DNA of 36,334 bases from contig NC_068987.1 in assembly GCF_001194135.2 (NCBI RefSeq), positions 54,451,549 through 54,487,882 of the forward strand, in the 5' to 3' direction. Both the position numbers and the translations under genes were made by a program. Source of the DNA: Octopus bimaculoides. Taxonomy: Eukaryota. Numbering within the stretch: position 1 is the first letter of the stretch; every line of letters begins with the position of its first letter. Below, one piece after another: positions 33,924-36,334 of the stretch. Under the pieces are notes generated by a model. It was given only the letters and a program-made list of their open reading frames with translations. It did no database searches and was not told where the DNA came from.

Positions 33924-34719
33924 GCATACAAATACCCACACATAAATAATACATACATACATAGAAAGATATATATAAAAGATACACAAACTGGGTATTA
34001 AATTCATGCGCTGCCACCTCTATTACCATCAGCAACAGCAGTTTTAGCAACTTTAACAACACAATTGCACGCTTCAGTGTGCTAATTGATTTAATATAAA
34101 ATTTAGCAAGAAAAGGTATAACAAAGACAGGATGAAACAATGGATCAGAAGAAATTGCATTTATAGTTTCACAAGACAAGTAGACAAAATGTATATGAAA
34201 AATACAGTGAGGAGGTGGAGTAAAACGACAAAATCAAGTTGTGTCCAGCGACTAAGGTTAATCTTCCCAGCAAGGTGGGTATAGATTCTGTTTAGTTATG
34301 GAGACAAACAGAATAAGCAACAAGGATAGTAAACAGTTAGAGTTATTTTACTGATGTAAAATAAAACAGAGAAGATGGCAGTATGCATATAGGTAACAGG
34401 AAATGAAATGAACTGGTTAAAAACGATGTAAGCCCTTAAATAAAAAGAGACAAAGGAGAAACTGCTGCGATGAAGTGGGTGTTGACATAGATGGAAGCAA
34501 AAAAGAGACTGTATATGGAAAGGAGGTTTATTACAAAAATTTCAAAGCATTGTGGTATAGAAGAAATTGCAGAGAAAAGGAGGAGAGAAATAAAAGACAG
34601 GGATAAGGAAGCAGATATACACACATATACATACATACATACATACATACATACATACATACAAACATAATCTATATATATATGTATAAATATACACATA
34701 TATATAAAGATAGATGAAT

Positions 34720-34754
<35 letters not shown>

Positions 34755-34774
34755 TACATACACTTACACACACA

Positions 34775-34807
<33 letters not shown>

Positions 34808-35174
34808 GATAGTTGGATTCTTTTGTATTAGTTTGAATCAAACAGTTTATTTCACTCTTACAAATAAATTGTCTATGTAGCCTACAAAGTGGAAGTACTT
34901 TGTATTGGAGCTTTGTTAAAATATAAGACTTCATACATTTTCATGGTATTTAATTGACATTTAAGGCTGTCACAAGAGATTACCAGCTTAGCTTCCTTCA
35001 TTTAGCAAACTTCTGTGAGAATAAAATCCCTAAACAGGTTTTCTTTGTAAAACATGGTGCTGGTAACTTATGTCTTCTTTCTCCAATAGAATCAGAGAGA
35101 AAGAGAGGAAGGGGGAGAGAGTGAGATAGTAAAAGGAGAAAGAGTGAGACAGTAAAAGGGAAGCGAGGGAGAGA

Positions 35175-35357
35175 AAGAGAGAAGAAGAAGGGAGAAAGAG
35201 AGAGGAAGAAGGGAGAAAGAGAGAGGAAGAAGGGAGAAAGAGAGAGGAAGAAGGGAGAAAGAGANNNNNNNNNNGAGAGAGGAAGAAGGGAGAAAGAGAG
35301 AGGAAGAAGGGAGAAAGAGAGAGGAAGAAGGGAGAAAGAGAGAGGAAGAAGGGAGCA
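35175..35357. repeat. 21-bp purine minisatellite (GAGAGAGGAAGAAGGGAGAAA)n
   Basis: About 8 near-perfect units, interrupted by a 10-N gap at 35265-35274. Confidence 0.9.
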
Positions 35358-35861
35358 AGAGAGCCTCATCAAAATCTCTATCCAAATGCTTTGATCACAT
35401 CTGCCTTAGCTTTCTTCATTTAGCAAACTTTTGTGAGAATAAAATTCCTAAACAAGTTTCGAAAAATATGATGTCAGTAATTTAGGTCCTCTCTTTTTGA
35501 ATAGAGACAGAAAGACAGAGAGTAAAGAAGTGAGAATCTCATCAAAATCTTTATCCAAATGCCAAGATGTGTTCAATGGCAGTATTTTTTCTGCCTTCCT
35601 CTCTTGTTTGCTTGATGGGCCCATGTTTGGCTAAATGGATGTTTGTATGTAATTAGGAAAGTTGGAGCATCTCTAGAAGTACTGTTTATACAAGATAAAT
35701 TCCAATGGAGATTTTAGTGAGATTCTCTGTGTCTATGGGAAAGTGTATGTGTATGTGTGTATGTATGTGTATGTGTATGTGCATGTGTGTGTTTGTGTAT
35801 ATGTGTGTGTCTTTACCTGACAAAGTGTATTAGCACGTTTTTGCATGTGTGTTTGAGAGAG

Positions 35862-35956
<95 letters not shown>

Positions 35957-36051
35957 ACAAGAGAGAGAAATAGCGATAGAGAAACATGTTTTATATGTTA
36001 TGTGTATTTGATTGCTTTACGCAATTGCTTGCATCTATAATATGGTTGGGT

Positions 36052-36225
<174 letters not shown>

Positions 36226-36334
36226 TAAAGAGGAGGAAGATATGGTGTCGGTGATGATGGCAAAGATGACATGGTGGAGGGGAAGGATCAACATGATGAT
36301 TGCGATTACCACATGAATGTGTGTGTGTGTATGT

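Noticed and set aside
422-36040. Dozens of ORFs rich in YI, HT, CV or X in the ORF track
   Set aside because: They are artefacts of dinucleotide microsatellites and N-gaps lacking stop codons.

Overview
Eukaryotic, AT-rich, microsatellite-dense DNA with nine N-gaps. The repeat families look like those of coleoid cephalopods, most likely an Octopus assembly (inference from recall, not a search). I find no intact protein-coding gene, rRNA, true tRNA or CRISPR array; the window looks intronic or intergenic and is mostly transposon debris. It holds a decayed Helitron RepHel helicase region (7467-9131) and a non-autonomous Helitron with both termini (21083-22562). It also holds a 5' half Tc1/mariner element (15747-16530), an RTE LINE endonuclease fragment (16920-18027), many 5'-truncated RTE 3' ends whose UTR carries ~65-bp tandem repeats, a Ty3/Gypsy RT fragment (19895-20565), several tRNA-derived SINE families (some with exact TSDs, one nested in another) and small TIR elements. 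The least-explained features are: two long fold-back inverted repeats (56-bp and 113-bp arms), the first containing what reads as the 3' half of a Penelope-type minimal hammerhead ribozyme; a twice-repeated TGATGACATCA-N12-CCAAT module that looks like a promoter or enhancer; and a Cys-rich short ORF next to it. None of these establishes a new biological system from sequence alone.
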